Shown here: one piece after another, positions 1 through 10,101 of the stretch
How positions within the stretch are numbered: position 1 is the first letter of the stretch
Layout: every line of letters starts with the position of its first letter
Origin: Leidyana gryllorum EB-2025a
Lineage: Eukaryota; Protista; Apicomplexa
Length of the DNA stretch: 64,000 bases
Direction: 5' to 3'
Assembly (NCBI GenBank): GCA_048772705.1
Contig: JBLWGC010000043.1
Span: forward strand, 1 to 64,000
Made by a program: the position numbers and the translations under genes
Notes under the pieces: model-generated
Databases searched by the model: none
The model's input: the letters and a program-made list of their open reading frames with translations, nothing else
What the model was told of the DNA's origin: nothing

Positions 1-32
1 CTGTACCCAGCGGTTTGAACCACCGACCAGTC

Positions 33-103
33 GGCTGTTTGGTCTAGTGGTATGATCCTTCCTCAGGGTGGAAGTAGTCCTGGTTCGATTCCCAGAACAG
101 CCC
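33..103 (+). pseudogene. tRNA-Pro(AGG) variant
   Basis: Pro body; C33 and 1-nt T-stem deletion. Confidence 0.65.
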
Positions 104-239
104 TCTTGGTCGTCGGTTGACCCGACGGGACAAGTTGCCCTCAGAAACAACACAACCACCTCGTTAGCCCACTTGGGTAGGGAGGGTAACTAGCATCTCA
201 AGAATCGCATTTCGGCTACCTCTTCCATGTTGCAAACTG

Positions 240-311
240 AGCATTGTAGCTCAGTGGAAGAGTGTTGGGCTCATAACCGAAAGGTCCGTCGACCGAGACG
301 ACGCACTGCTA
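240..311 (+). pseudogene. tRNA-iMet(CAT) degenerate
   Basis: iMet body with about 4 substitutions versus 3212 copy. Confidence 0.7.
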
Positions 312-360
312 AGTGTGCGCAGAAGCGAAACAGTTATAGAATAGATTTTCTCGTGAGCAA

Positions 361-432
361 AGCCTTCTGCCGGAATCGAACCGGCGACCTTTCGCTTACT
401 AAGCGAATGCTCTGCCCCTAAGCTAAGAAGGC
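361..432 (-). tRNA. tRNA-Thr(AGT)
   Basis: Full cloverleaf, family consensus. Confidence 0.92.
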
Positions 433-508
433 AGTACAGGGCGAAGATCACGAATCAGTCACTATTGACGGAGATTACTGGAGCACTTTGCTCGAGTAGT
501 TCAATGAC

Positions 509-581
509 TTCCACTGCCGAGACTTGAATCCGGATCGTGCGGGTGAGAGCCGCATATCCTAGCCACTTAGACTACAGTGGA
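509..581 (-). tRNA. tRNA-Glu(CTC) variant
   Basis: Cloverleaf; T-stem substitutions. Confidence 0.7.
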
Positions 582-662
582 CAAGCTCCCGAGCTGAGGC
601 TTCGGACGAGAGTTGTACCATCTTGAGATGAGGTGGAGCGTCGGGTCAACCGACAAGCAACG

Positions 663-734
663 GGGCTGTTCTGGGAATCGAACCCAGGACTTCTTCCACC
701 CGAAGGAAGAATCATACCACTAGACCAAACAGCC
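663..734 (-). tRNA. tRNA-Pro(CGG)
   Basis: Full cloverleaf, consensus. Confidence 0.92.
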
Positions 735-855
735 ATCTAGTCGGTGGTTCAACCCGCTGGGTACAGTCGAGAGACTCGTCTCACTATGTGAGGCTGGTCC
801 GTGAAATTCAAAATGCGAGGAGTTCTGGGGTTGGAGGCCGGCGTGTTTACTAGCG

Positions 856-927
856 TCCGAGGTAGTATAGTGATTAGTATTTCCGCCTGTGACGCGGAAG
901 ACTCGGGTTCGATTCCCGATCTCGGAG
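856..927 (+). pseudogene. tRNA-Asp body with GTG anticodon
   Basis: Loop CTGTGAC; D-loop GG changed to GA. Confidence 0.65.
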
Positions 928-1066
928 CAGTTCCAGCCCCTCACAACTGCTGCAACTCAGATTTTGTCTCAGCTGGTCTGGACTTCATCCGGCATTGTAA
1001 GAGTGGGAGCCGCATATAGAAGCCGACCTTGGAGAGACGTGGCATTGAGTCAACAACTATCAAACG

Positions 1067-1134
1067 GGCTGTTCTGGGAATCGAACCCAGGGCTTCTTCC
1101 ACCAAAGGAAGAATATATAACTGGACCAAACAGA
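1067..1134 (-). pseudogene. tRNA-Pro degenerate
   Basis: Pro T-arm intact, 5' half decayed. Confidence 0.6.
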
Positions 1135-1150
1135 GCGCTGTGGGTGCGTC

Positions 1151-1222
1151 AGGTACTGGCAGGTTCCAAACCTGCGACTTCGTGGCTAAAAGACTTACAC
1201 TCTGATGGCTGAGCTACGAGGC
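1151..1222 (-). pseudogene. tRNA-Asn-derived old pseudogene
   Basis: Aligns to Asn family; recurs near 20160, 33740, 46400, 48820, 58137, 61925. Confidence 0.6.
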
Positions 1223-1279
1223 TCAGCTACGATACCTTGGAGTTGCGATAAGCTTGCAGGTACCCATTCGATGCAGTCG

Positions 1280-1351
1280 AGCCTTCTGCCGGAATCGAAC
1301 CGGCGACCTTTCGCTTACTAAGCGAATGCTCTGCCCCTAAGCTAAGAAGGC
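1280..1351 (-). tRNA. tRNA-Thr(AGT)
   Basis: Consensus. Confidence 0.92.
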
Positions 1352-1419
1352 AATGCAGGCCAAAGATCACGAATCAGTCACTATTGACGGGGATTGCTGG
1401 AGCACTTTGCTCCAGTAGC

Positions 1420-1492
1420 TTCCACTGCCGGGACTTGAACCCGGATCGTGCGGGTGAGAGCCGCATATCCTAGCCACTTAGACTACAGTGGA
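1420..1492 (-). tRNA. tRNA-Glu(CTC)
   Basis: Consensus. Confidence 0.92.
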
Positions 1493-1632
1493 CAAGTGCC
1501 CGAGTTGAGGCTTTGGACGAGAGCCGTACCGTCTTGAGATCAGGTGGAGCGTCGGGTCAAGCGACGACGAACGGGCTCATCGGATACGTGTGTCCAAAGA
1601 CACACGCCCCTTTCACAGCCCGGAAGGTCTGT

Positions 1633-1705
1633 GCAGCCATGGTCTAGTGGTTACGACGTCTGCTTAACACGCAGAAGGTCCCGAGTTCGATCCTAGGTGG
1701 CTGTA
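1633..1705 (+). tRNA. tRNA-Val(AAC)
   Basis: Cloverleaf; one T-stem mismatch. Confidence 0.8.
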
Positions 1706-1865
1706 GCTCGAACATGTGAAGTGAGCTCCACCCAAAGCGAGGAAACGTGCTGTCTTCGAGACAGGGCATCGAACCCGCGTCTTCCGCGTCTTCAACCCTA
1801 GAAGTCTTTCTTCTCGAGAACTTCACGGACAGAAAACGTGTAAAGTGGCGAGCCAAGAACGCTCC

Positions 1866-1945
1866 GGCAAGATGGCCGAGTGGTCTAAGGCGCTGTGTTC
1901 GGGCCGCAGTCCGAAAGGGCGTGGGTTCGAATCGTACTGGTGTCA
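1866..1945 (+). pseudogene. tRNA-Leu body with CGG anticodon, degenerate 3' end
   Basis: Long variable arm; T and acceptor stems mismatched. Confidence 0.7.
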
Positions 1946-2015
1946 GCCGTTGTATTGTATTGGTAGGTAGTCCCCTCTCTTCACTGATAGACAGGTCGTT
2001 CGAGCTACATACGGC

Positions 2016-2086
2016 TGCACCTGCCGGGACTCGAACCTGGGTTACGACCTTGGAAGGGTCGCATCTTACCCTTAGACCACAAGTGC
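2016..2086 (-). tRNA. tRNA-Gly(TCC)
   Basis: Cloverleaf; one T-stem change. Confidence 0.8.
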
Positions 2087-2236
2087 AATTGCGAAAGAGT
2101 TGCAGCACCCCGAGACACTCGGGCGATTTCTGTGCGCCACCGTCCGCCATACACCCAAAATTGTCCAGCGACTTCAGACTCATTGGTATGTGGTCAGGGA
2201 TGGATTTCCAACATCTTCAACCTTCAGGTCATCTTC

Positions 2237-2308
2237 AGGGCACGCGCGGAGTTGAACCACGGACTTGCTGATCTGCAGTCAGCTGCTCTACCACTGAGCT
2301 ACGTACCC
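2237..2308 (-). tRNA. tRNA-Cys(GCA)
   Basis: Full cloverleaf, U73. Confidence 0.92.
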
Positions 2309-2404
2309 TCCAAATACCCGTCATACCCGCTCAACTCGATTCTGTCTTCTCATTAGATGCAAAACGGCTATTATTGTGCACGAGCTTGAACAACCACGAG
2401 TCAT

Positions 2405-2475
2405 GCATCTGTGGTCTAGTGGTAGAATGTCTCGTTGCCATCGAGACGACCCGGGTTCGATTCCAGGCAGATGCA
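2405..2475 (+). tRNA. tRNA-Gly(GCC)
   Basis: Cloverleaf; one T-stem mismatch. Confidence 0.82.
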
Positions 2476-2539
2476 GAGGACATAGCACATGGTTGAGTTT
2501 TATGCGTGAGTTGGTGCTGGACCCTCCGATCACATCGCA

Positions 2540-2621
2540 CGACAACTGTTGGATTTGAACCAGCGCGGGCCAAGCCCAGTAGATTTCGAGTCTACCCCCT
2601 TAACCACTCGGGCAAGTTGGC
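2540..2621 (-). tRNA. tRNA-Ser(CGA) variant
   Basis: Type II cloverleaf; acceptor mismatch. Confidence 0.7.
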
Positions 2622-2765
2622 AACTGTCGAACTCGGTATGCCGCAGACAGTGGCTACGTATACGGCTTTCGCGCATGACAAGCACGCTGTGTGATATGTG
2701 GTCTTGGGCTCTTCAAAGGTCGTAACTTCGAGTACTAAATACGGTGGGTGCACCCGTACGAAGTT

Positions 2766-2838
2766 TGGACGACCTGGGTATCGATCCCAGTACCTCTCGC
2801 ATGCGAAGCGAGCGCTCTACCATTTGAGCTAGCCGCCC
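2766..2838 (-). tRNA. tRNA-Ala(CGC)
   Basis: G3:U70, A54 T-loop. Confidence 0.92.
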
Positions 2839-2934
2839 GTTACGCAGACACGCTAGCGTTTAGGGGCCTTGACATACTATGAGGTGTTTCGAAGAGGGTA
2901 CGGCTCTCGGCCAAAGCTGCGGCTCAGTGACTTG

Positions 2935-3007
2935 TCCACTGTAGTCTAAGTGGCTAGGATAAGCGGCTCTCACCCGTACGATCCGGGTTCAAGTCCCGAC
3001 AGTGGAA
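2935..3007 (+). tRNA. tRNA-Glu(CTC) variant
   Basis: 3 substitutions versus consensus. Confidence 0.7.
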
Positions 3008-3090
3008 GTCATTGAAGTACTCGATCAAAGTGCTCCGATAACTTCCGTCGATGACTGATGCGTGATTCCCGGCTTGCATTGGCTTGCATT

Positions 3091-3162
3091 GCCTTCTTAG
3101 CTTAGGGGCAGAGCATTCGCTTAGTAAGCGAAAGGTCGCCGGTTCGATTCCGGCAGAAGGCT
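3091..3162 (+). tRNA. tRNA-Thr(AGT)
   Basis: Consensus. Confidence 0.92.
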
Positions 3163-3211
3163 TTAGTCACGACCCAATCAATTCTATAGCTGTTTCCCTC
3201 CTGCGCACACT

Positions 3212-3283
3212 TAGCAGTGCGTCGTTTCGATCGACGGACCTTTGGGTTATGAGCCCAACACTCTTCCACTGAGCTACACTGCT
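3212..3283 (-). tRNA. tRNA-iMet(CAT)
   Basis: A1:U72, GGG/CCC anticodon stem, GATCGAAA T-loop. Confidence 0.93.
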
Positions 3284-3418
3284 CGGTCTGCAACATGGAA
3301 GAGGGAGCCGAAATGCGATTCTTGAGATGTTAATTGCCTTGAGTGCGAAGTCTGCTAACGAGCTGGCTGCGTTGGTTCTAAAAACTGCTTATCTCATCGG
3401 GTCAACCGACAACCAAGA

Positions 3419-3490
3419 GGGCTGTTCTGGGAATCGAACCCAGGACTTCTTCCACCCGAAGGAAGAATCATACCACTAGACCAAACAGCC
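3419..3490 (-). tRNA. tRNA-Pro(CGG)
   Basis: Consensus. Confidence 0.92.
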
Positions 3491-3716
3491 GCCTAGCCGG
3501 TGGTTCAACCAGCTGGGCAAAGTCGAGAGACTCGTCTCACTACGTGAAGTATCACTCAATGCCATGAGGTAGGCTAACCCAGATGATGAAACGGTGGCTT
3601 GCTATACGAAAGGTACTGGGATCGATTCCCAGCCCATCCGAGTTACATCGATGGAATGTTCGCCGGAGTAGTCTACTTGGCCTGTCAACGCTGTCTGCCG
3701 AAACCACATCGCTACT

Positions 3717-3796
3717 TCCGGTGGGACGGAATCGAACCGCCGACTATCTGATGCCAGCACTACAGTCAGATGCTCTACCAACTGAGCTACCCCCGG
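3717..3796 (-). tRNA. tRNA-Tyr(GTA) with 7-nt intron (3753-3759)
   Basis: C1:G72; TCTGA-CTGTAG-[TGCTGGC]-A-TCAGA. Confidence 0.9.
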
Positions 3797-4250
3797 CCGT
3801 CCAACTGCTCCGGGGTTCGAAAGGCTCAACCCCAGATCCTCGCCCTGTCGCACTGCGGTCTGAGCACAGCCCCTTAGACAAAACGGCCATCTTGCGGGAT
3901 GTTGTTGGCTCGCCGCTCCACGCGTTTTCTGTGCTTGGAATCTCATAATGGAAGAACTTTTGGGGTTGGAGGCCGGCGTGTTCAGAGCATTTGAGATAGT
4001 GTAGTGGTTAGTATTTCCGCCTGTCACTCGGAAGACCCGGGTTCGTTTCCCGGTCTCAGAGCAGTTCCAGCCCCTCACAACTGCTGCAACTCAGATTTTG
4101 TCTCAGCTGGTCCGGACTTCATCCGGGATTGTACGAGTGGCTCTACCACTTGAGATAGCCGCCCGCCCGCCAAACCTAGGTGAACTTTCCATCTGAGACC
4201 AACTCACAGTTCTCTGGCGCCTCATTTGTCAGTGCAACTGTTGTGTCTCG

Positions 4251-4324
4251 TCCACTGTAGTCTAAATGGCGAGGATATGCGGCTCTCACCCGCACGATCC
4301 GGGTTTCAAGTCCCGGCAGCGGAA
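4251..4324 (+). pseudogene. tRNA-Glu(CTC) degenerate
   Basis: T-loop insertion, D-arm changes. Confidence 0.65.
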
Positions 4325-4384
4325 ATCCAGCTGAGTGTGCTTGCAGGCAACAGTTCCATTCTTACATCCAGGGATATAGATCCA

Positions 4385-4457
4385 CACCGCCCGCGGGGCT
4401 CGAACCCGCGACTGCAAGATTAAGAGTCTTGCGCTCTACCGACTGAGCTAGGGCGGC
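4385..4457 (-). tRNA. tRNA-Lys(CTT)
   Basis: Consensus. Confidence 0.92.
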
Positions 4458-4533
4458 AGGAAAGCAAGGACACAAAACCCGATAGCCTGACACCTAAAGT
4501 GGCTTTGGTACCCACCAGCCTCACTTGAAGATT

Positions 4534-4605
4534 GTCCGGGTCGTCTAGTGCTTACAACAGCAAGTTGTGGCGGTGCATACCCAGGCCCGAATCCTGGCTT
4601 GGATA
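4534..4605 (+). pseudogene. tRNA-His(GTG) degenerate family
   Basis: Decayed His; related copies near 10565, 17930, 51255, 55255. Confidence 0.65.
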
Positions 4606-4726
4606 GTATGTCCCGGATGTCTCGAATGGGAGATGTAGGTGAAGTCTGTCCAAACCCACGATCGGGCGTAGCTGCCCATGTCCTCTCTTGATCGCTACAC
4701 ACTTCCATTTGACGGCTCCGTTAGTC

Positions 4727-4799
4727 GGCGCTATGGCCTGATGGATATGGCATCGGTCTACGGAACCGGGGATTCTGGGTTCGAGTCCCAGTAGCGTCT
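4727..4799 (+). tRNA. tRNA-Arg(ACG)
   Basis: Cloverleaf; A14G. Confidence 0.8.
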
Positions 4800-4913
4800 G
4801 GGCGAATGGTGGGGTTGTAGCCTGTTGAGTCAACAACTCAGATCCTGTCTTAGCTGTCAGGGACATTGTCTCGGGATGGGGCGAGTGCCTTGTTGCGTCA
4901 ACAACTATCAGAC

Positions 4914-4985
4914 GGGCTGTTCTGGGAGTCGAACCCAGGACTTCTTCCACCCGAAGGAAGAATCATACCACTAGACCAAACAGCC
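4914..4985 (-). tRNA. tRNA-Pro(CGG)
   Basis: Full cloverleaf. Confidence 0.9.
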
Positions 4986-5077
4986 CCCTGTGCGTGCCTC
5001 AGGTACTGGCAGGTTCCAAACCTGCGGCTCCGTGGCTAAGAGACTTACCGCTTGCAGGTGCCTAGTCGATGCAGTCG

Positions 5078-5149
5078 AGCCCACTGCCGGAATCGAACCG
5101 GCGACCTTTCGCTTACTAAGCGAATGCTCTGCCCCTAAGCTAAGAAGGC
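5078..5149 (-). tRNA. tRNA-Thr(AGT) variant
   Basis: Acceptor stem substitutions. Confidence 0.7.
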
Positions 5150-5217
5150 AATCCAGGCCGAAGATCAAGAATCAGTCACTATTGACGGGGATTACTGAGG
5201 CACTTTGCTCGAGTAGC

Positions 5218-5289
5218 TTCCACTGCCGGGTCTTGAACCCGGATGTACGGGTGAGAGCCGCATAACCTAGCCACTTAGACTACAGTGGA
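5218..5289 (-). pseudogene. tRNA-Glu(CTC) variant
   Basis: 1-nt deletion plus substitutions. Confidence 0.65.
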
Positions 5290-5371
5290 CAACTTCCTCA
5301 GCTGCAGCTTTGGAACGAGAGCCGTACCATCTTGAGATGAGATAGAGCGTCGGGTCAACGGACAACCAACG

Positions 5372-5443
5372 GGGCTGTTCTGGGAATCGAACCCAGGACT
5401 TCTTCCACCCGAAGGAAGAATCATACCACTAGACCAAACAGCC
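5372..5443 (-). tRNA. tRNA-Pro(CGG)
   Basis: Consensus. Confidence 0.92.
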
Positions 5444-5531
5444 GCCTGTCGGTTGTGCAACCCGCTGAGGACAGTTGAGATAGTGGTCATACGGTGTTGA
5501 GAACAAAAAAATGCGATGGGGTCTGCACAAG

Positions 5532-5604
5532 GGGCGACTAGCTCAAATGGTAGAGCGCTCGCTTAGCATGCGAGGCGTACTGGGATTGATGTCCAGGTCG
5601 TCTA
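5532..5604 (+). pseudogene. tRNA-Ala(AGC) degenerate
   Basis: B-box mutated. Confidence 0.7.
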
Positions 5605-5885
5605 AACTCCGTAGTGCTGCAACTGCGGTATTTGACTACAGAGTTGAGAGCTATCCAGGGTGCCCCATAGCCCTTCTATAGACGTTGGCACCGCCGTATG
5701 TATGGAGGTTGCCTCAGAGCCCGGATCTCCGAATTTGTATTTGACAACCACACGCTCTGCCAACTAAGATACAAAAGCCACTGCCAATATTTCAGAGAGT
5801 GGTGGAGAGACTCGTGTTGCATGTGTCCAGTTGAGGGAGGGCTAGTCTGGATGGCTTTACCAACTCTTTTGGGAAGGACTGAATG

Positions 5886-5957
5886 GGTTGCGTGGTGTAG
5901 TAATTAGCACTGGAGACTCTGAATCTCCCGACCTGGGTTCGATTTCCGGCGCGACCT
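5886..5957 (+). tRNA. tRNA-Gln(CTG) variant
   Basis: D-loop GG changed to AA. Confidence 0.65.
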
Positions 5958-6021
5958 TGGCACTGGTCCTCCGTACTCCTTCGAACTTCGCCACTTCTCT
6001 TGGGCTGCGGGGACCATCCGT

Positions 6022-6095
6022 GCAGCAATGGTCTAGTGGTTACGACGTCTGCTCTGCACACAGAAGGTCCCGAGTTCGATCCTCGGTGGCTGTAG
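6022..6095 (+). pseudogene. tRNA-Val degenerate
   Basis: Anticodon arm disrupted. Confidence 0.65.
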
Positions 6096-6313
6096 CTCGC
6101 AACTTTCAGCGAGAACCAAAGGAGAGAATCTTTGGCAAAACCACCTGCCTTTCGAGACCGGGAATCGATCTCGGGTGTTCCGCGTGGCAGGCGGCGACAC
6201 TAACCACTATTACTAACTCGGACGCCCGGAACACGCCGGTCGCCAATCCCAGAAGTCTTTCTATTTCGGCTCACGGACAAAAAACGCGTGGAGCGACGAA
6301 CCAACAAGACTGC

Positions 6314-6393
6314 GGCAAGATGGCCGAGTGGTCTAAGGCGCTGTGTTCAGGCCGCAGTCCGAAAGGGCGTGGGTTCGAATCCAACTCTTGTCA
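6314..6393 (+). tRNA. tRNA-Leu(CAG)
   Basis: Type II; one T-stem mismatch. Confidence 0.82.
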
Positions 6394-6447
6394 GCCATTG
6401 TATTGTGCAGGCACTCAGGTAGACAGGTCGTTCGAGCTACATACGGT

Positions 6448-6518
6448 TGCACCTGCCAAGACTCGAACCTGGGTTACGACCTTGGAAGGGTCGCGTCTTA
6501 CCCTTAGACCACAAGTGC
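6448..6518 (-). tRNA. tRNA-Gly(TCC) variant
   Basis: T-stem substitutions. Confidence 0.7.
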
Positions 6519-6765
6519 AATTGCGGTAGACCACAAGTGCAATTGCGGAAGAGCTGCAGCACCCCGAGAGACTCGGGCGGTTTCTGCGTCGAGCTGTGTG
6601 GAACATCCTGAAAAACGGACTGTTCGGGAATCGAATCAAGCACTTCCTCCAAGTGAAGGAAAATCATATCACTAGCACTTCAACTCGACATGCGCGGCAG
6701 TGGCTCCCCATACAGTTAGCAACCCTGCTTCGGTCGAAACGGAAGGCCTTCCGCGTGAGAGGCTA

Positions 6766-6838
6766 TGATGCGGATGGGACTCGAACCCACAACTCCCGGT
6801 TCCGAAGACCGATGCCCTATCCATTAGGCCACCGCACC
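6766..6838 (-). tRNA. tRNA-Arg(TCG)
   Basis: Consensus. Confidence 0.9.
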
Positions 6839-6937
6839 ATGGATAGGCTTCGGTCATCTCGATACTGGTTGGGTGAAAGAGGAGACACTTCGGGGCAGCC
6901 CGGTTTCGTCCCACTCGAAAGTCGGGTGCGTCCGAAT

Positions 6938-7010
6938 GCGGTTGTGGCGCAATGGATAGCGCGTTGCCCTCCTAAGGCAAAGGTTGAGGGTTCGAGTCCC
7001 TCCAGCCGTT
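6938..7010 (+). tRNA. tRNA-Arg(CCT)
   Basis: Full cloverleaf. Confidence 0.92.
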
Positions 7011-7124
7011 TCCTGCGTGCCTTCGTTTGTGCAAAGTGGAGCACAACTGGTGAAAGTGATCGATGCAGTTGGGAGATTGGTCATACCATGTAAAAAGAAC
7101 TGGATGTACTGCGGGTTGCTGAAT

Positions 7125-7197
7125 GGGCGACTAGCTCAAATGGTAGAGCGCTCGCTTAGCGTGCAAGAGGTACTGGGATCGATGCCCAGGTCGTCCA
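7125..7197 (+). tRNA. tRNA-Ala(AGC) variant
   Basis: Anticodon stem mismatch. Confidence 0.72.
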
Positions 7198-7299
7198 AAG
7201 TACGTACGGCTACACGTGGCGGGATCCAAACCACCTTACATCTTTGAAGGGTCGCAGATGGGAGAGCAGCGCAGTCAATGTTTAGGGTGCCTCTGAAAG

Positions 7300-7372
7300 C
7301 GGTCCTGGCAGGTTTCGAACCTGCGACTTTGTGGTTAACAGCCACACGCTCTGCCGACTGAGCTACAAGACC
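7300..7372 (-). tRNA. tRNA-Asn(GTT)
   Basis: Consensus. Confidence 0.92.
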
Positions 7373-7490
7373 CAGCTACAATGTTTCAGAGGATAATATA
7401 GAGACTTTCCTCTTTCTAGCGCAGGATTCTGCAACCCTTTGTGGTCAGGAATGTTGGTTTAACATCTTCCAGCGTTTCATCTCAACTTCA

Positions 7491-7562
7491 CGGCACGCGC
7501 GAAGTTGAACCACGGACTTGCTGATCTGCAGTCAACTGCTCTACCACTGTGTTACGTACCCA
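7491..7562 (-). pseudogene. tRNA-Cys(GCA) degenerate
   Basis: Multiple stem mismatches. Confidence 0.65.
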
Positions 7563-7721
7563 CGAGCTGGCTCTCATACTCGCTCAACTTGACCCTGTCT
7601 TCTCATTCGAAGCAAAACGGCCGTTATTGTGTACGAGCTCCAACAACAAGGTGTTACGCATCTGTGGTGTGGAAGAGTCTCTCGCTGCCATCGAGATAAC
7701 CCGTGGTTCCGATTCCAACCG

Positions 7722-7794
7722 TGGGAGTGGAGAGGATCGAACTCTCGACTTCAGGATTATGAGACCTACGCGCTACCGACTGCGCTACACTCCC
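7722..7794 (-). tRNA. tRNA-Met(CAT) elongator
   Basis: G1:C72, TTCG T-loop, no intron. Confidence 0.92.
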
Positions 7795-7924
7795 CAATGG
7801 AACTTCTCTCGATGTATCTCCTCCTGTCAAAAGGGTGCACGGGGATGCTGTCCACAGCAAGGACAGCCAGCTGAGATAAATGAGTTGCAGCAATTGTGAG
7901 GGGCTGGAACCCGACCGCTCGCCC

Positions 7925-7997
7925 AGACGCTACTGGGACTCGAACCCAGAATCCCAAGTTCCGTAGACCGATGCCATATCCATTAGGCCATAGCGCC
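7925..7997 (-). tRNA. tRNA-Arg(ACG) variant
   Basis: Anticodon stem mismatches. Confidence 0.65.
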
Positions 7998-8498
7998 AAT
8001 CAACGGAGCCGTCGAATGAAAGTGTGTAGCCATCAAGAGAAAGTTATTAGAGACACCGGAGACATATTGGCCGAGCCGGGAATTGAGCCTGGCTTCGCAC
8101 GGCCACAACTTGCTGTCCCAACCACTAGACGACTCGGATAATCTGCAAGTAGCTATCAAGGCAGTGGGGCATCAATCAGGATGAAATGTAACAGGAGCGT
8201 TAGATGCTCTCCAAATGAGCTACTCCAGGCCGTCCAACTTCTGTGAGGCTCATCGGATACGCCCCTTTCACGGCCCGGAAGCTCCGTACAGCCATGGTCT
8301 ACTGCTTACGACGTCTGCTCCGCACGCAGGAAAGAAGGTCCCGAGTTCTATCCTGACAAGGATGGGATTTGGATCCACGCCCATTCTCCGCTGCGCCGTC
8401 ACATATGTCCCTGCGAGTGCTACAGCTGTCCGCCAGTGTTTAATTGGCACTGGTGTTCAACGGCGTAGAATTCTAGTGAATCAGCCATGTGCTATGTC

Positions 8499-8570
8499 TG
8501 CATCTGCCGGGAATCGAACCCACGTCGGGAGATTCAAAGTCTCCAGTGCTAACCACTACACGACGCAACC
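8499..8570 (-). pseudogene. Chimeric tRNA: Gln(TTG) body with Gly(GCC) 3' acceptor strand
   Basis: Switch at shared GGTTCGATTCCCGG; 3' flank is Gly-type. Confidence 0.8.
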
Positions 8571-8751
8571 GGCTCAGCCCATCCCAGAAGAGTCTGTTCC
8601 TCAACTGGACACACGCAACACGGGTCTCTACTGACCTCTGAAATATTTTAAGTCGCTCCTGTATAAAGCATCCAGCGTAGGCGTTGGATTTGGGTGGGAC
8701 AGAAAGCTCACTTAAATCCTTGAAGCAGTTGCGCTTTTTCTCAAATGCAAC

Positions 8752-8833
8752 CGACAAGGGTGAGATTCGAACTCACGCGGGTGAAACCCAACGGCTTAGC
8801 AGGTCGCCGCCTTAACCACTCGGCCACCTTGCC
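8752..8833 (-). tRNA. tRNA-Ser(GCT)
   Basis: Type II cloverleaf. Confidence 0.85.
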
Positions 8834-9037
8834 GACAGTGGAACGGGCTACACATTCCATCGGGAATCCCGTGCGAATTGGTAGTGCCCCTTCTCGATGT
8901 CAGTATTTGCCTTTGGAATGACTGCTTGGCGGGGTGGACGAAGATCGGAGTGGCCGGTTCAGTAGCAATCATAAGGCTTTGCTGAACACATCAGTCGGCT
9001 CCTTCGGCTAGTGACTGTTGACCTCAACTCTGAAGCG

Positions 9038-9110
9038 GTCGCGTATTTCAGGCGGCCATAGCGTGAGCCTAATAAGTTCTGAGTCCCCGGTTGGTGTCCG
9101 GGCGTGGCCA
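9038..9110 (+). pseudogene. tRNA-Ile(AAT) degenerate
   Basis: Aligns to Ile family with many changes. Confidence 0.6.
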
Positions 9111-9210
9111 AGTGAGTGCATCTCTGATACAGCTTCGCCCTGTACCCGAGGAAGGCCCAAGATTCAACGATCAATACGAATGGAATTTTGTTACTAAGTC
9201 CGAGCTTCGT

Positions 9211-9273
9211 CGCCGCCCCAAGTCCGTCGGTAGAGCGCAAGACTTTTGATGGGAGACCGCAGGTTCGGGCAGC
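9211..9273 (+). pseudogene. tRNA-Lys(TTT)-derived degenerate family
   Basis: GTAGAGCGCAAGACTTTT then decayed 3' half; about 10 related copies. Confidence 0.65.
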
Positions 9274-9296
9274 GCGAGAAGTTCGAGACAGGGAAT

Positions 9297-9368
9297 GCCT
9301 CCTTAGCTTAGGGGCAGAGCATTCGCTTTGTAAGCGAAAGGTCGCTGGTTCGATTCCGGCAGGAGGCT
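9297..9368 (+). tRNA. tRNA-Thr(TGT)
   Basis: Full cloverleaf. Confidence 0.9.
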
Positions 9369-9530
9369 TCAGTCATTAGCCTAAACATGGTTGCGATCAT
9401 CCGCCCGCATTTTCGGACGGCGGCTTGCACACAGCACTCGGCCATCTTGCCGAAGTGTTACCCGTTTCCTGTCCGTGAAATCTCAAAATGTGAGGACTTC
9501 TGGGGTTGGAGGCCGGCATCTTTACTAGCG

Positions 9531-9602
9531 TCCGAGATAGTATAGTGGTCAGTATTTCCGCCTGTCACGCGGAATACCCGGGTTCGATTCCCGGTGTCGG
9601 AG
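9531..9602 (+). tRNA. tRNA-Asp(GTC) variant
   Basis: One acceptor mismatch. Confidence 0.78.
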
Positions 9603-9866
9603 ATAGATCGTCTTCCGCTCTAGATTTCGTGATGCTCACCTGAACGATGCGTGTTACAGCCACCGAGGATGGAACTCGGGACCTTCTGCGTATTAAACAG
9701 ACGTCGTGACCACTAGATGGCTGCACGGAGCTTCCGGACTGCGAAAGGGGCGTGTGTCTCTGGAACCACGTATCCGATGAGCCTGGTTTTTATGTATCGG
9801 CCTAAGTTGGACGGCCTGGACTAGTTTTAAGACCCTTCGATTTGTATTCAGGAATGGAGATGTTAC

Positions 9867-9937
9867 GCATCTGTGGTTTAGTGGTAGACTGTGTCGTTGC
9901 CACCGAGACGACCCAGGTTCGATTCCCGGCAGATGCA
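9867..9937 (+). tRNA. tRNA-Gly(GCC) variant
   Basis: Several substitutions; recurrent subfamily. Confidence 0.65.
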
Positions 9938-10019
9938 GAAAAGATGGCAGATGGCTGATTGAGGCACCATTCTGGGGTTTCACGAGTGAGTTATTGTCTG
10001 CCCCTCCAATCAGATCGCA

Positions 10020-10101
10020 CGACAACTGCTGGATTTGAACCAGCGCGGGCCAGGCCCAGTAGATTTCAAGTCTACCCCCTTAACCACTCGGGCAAGTTGC
10101 C
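10020..10101 (-). tRNA. tRNA-Ser(TGA)
   Basis: Consensus Ser body. Confidence 0.92.

Larger units (their letters stand above)
4764..5610. repeat. Inverted duplication, copy at about 24522-25368
   Basis: Mirror ORF coordinates sum to 30132. Confidence 0.87.

Noticed and set aside
800-860. Shared upstream promoter motif (AAAATG or ATAGTG-like) before several families
   Set aside because: Spacing and sequence are inconsistent between families; would need motif discovery on non-redundant 5' flanks.
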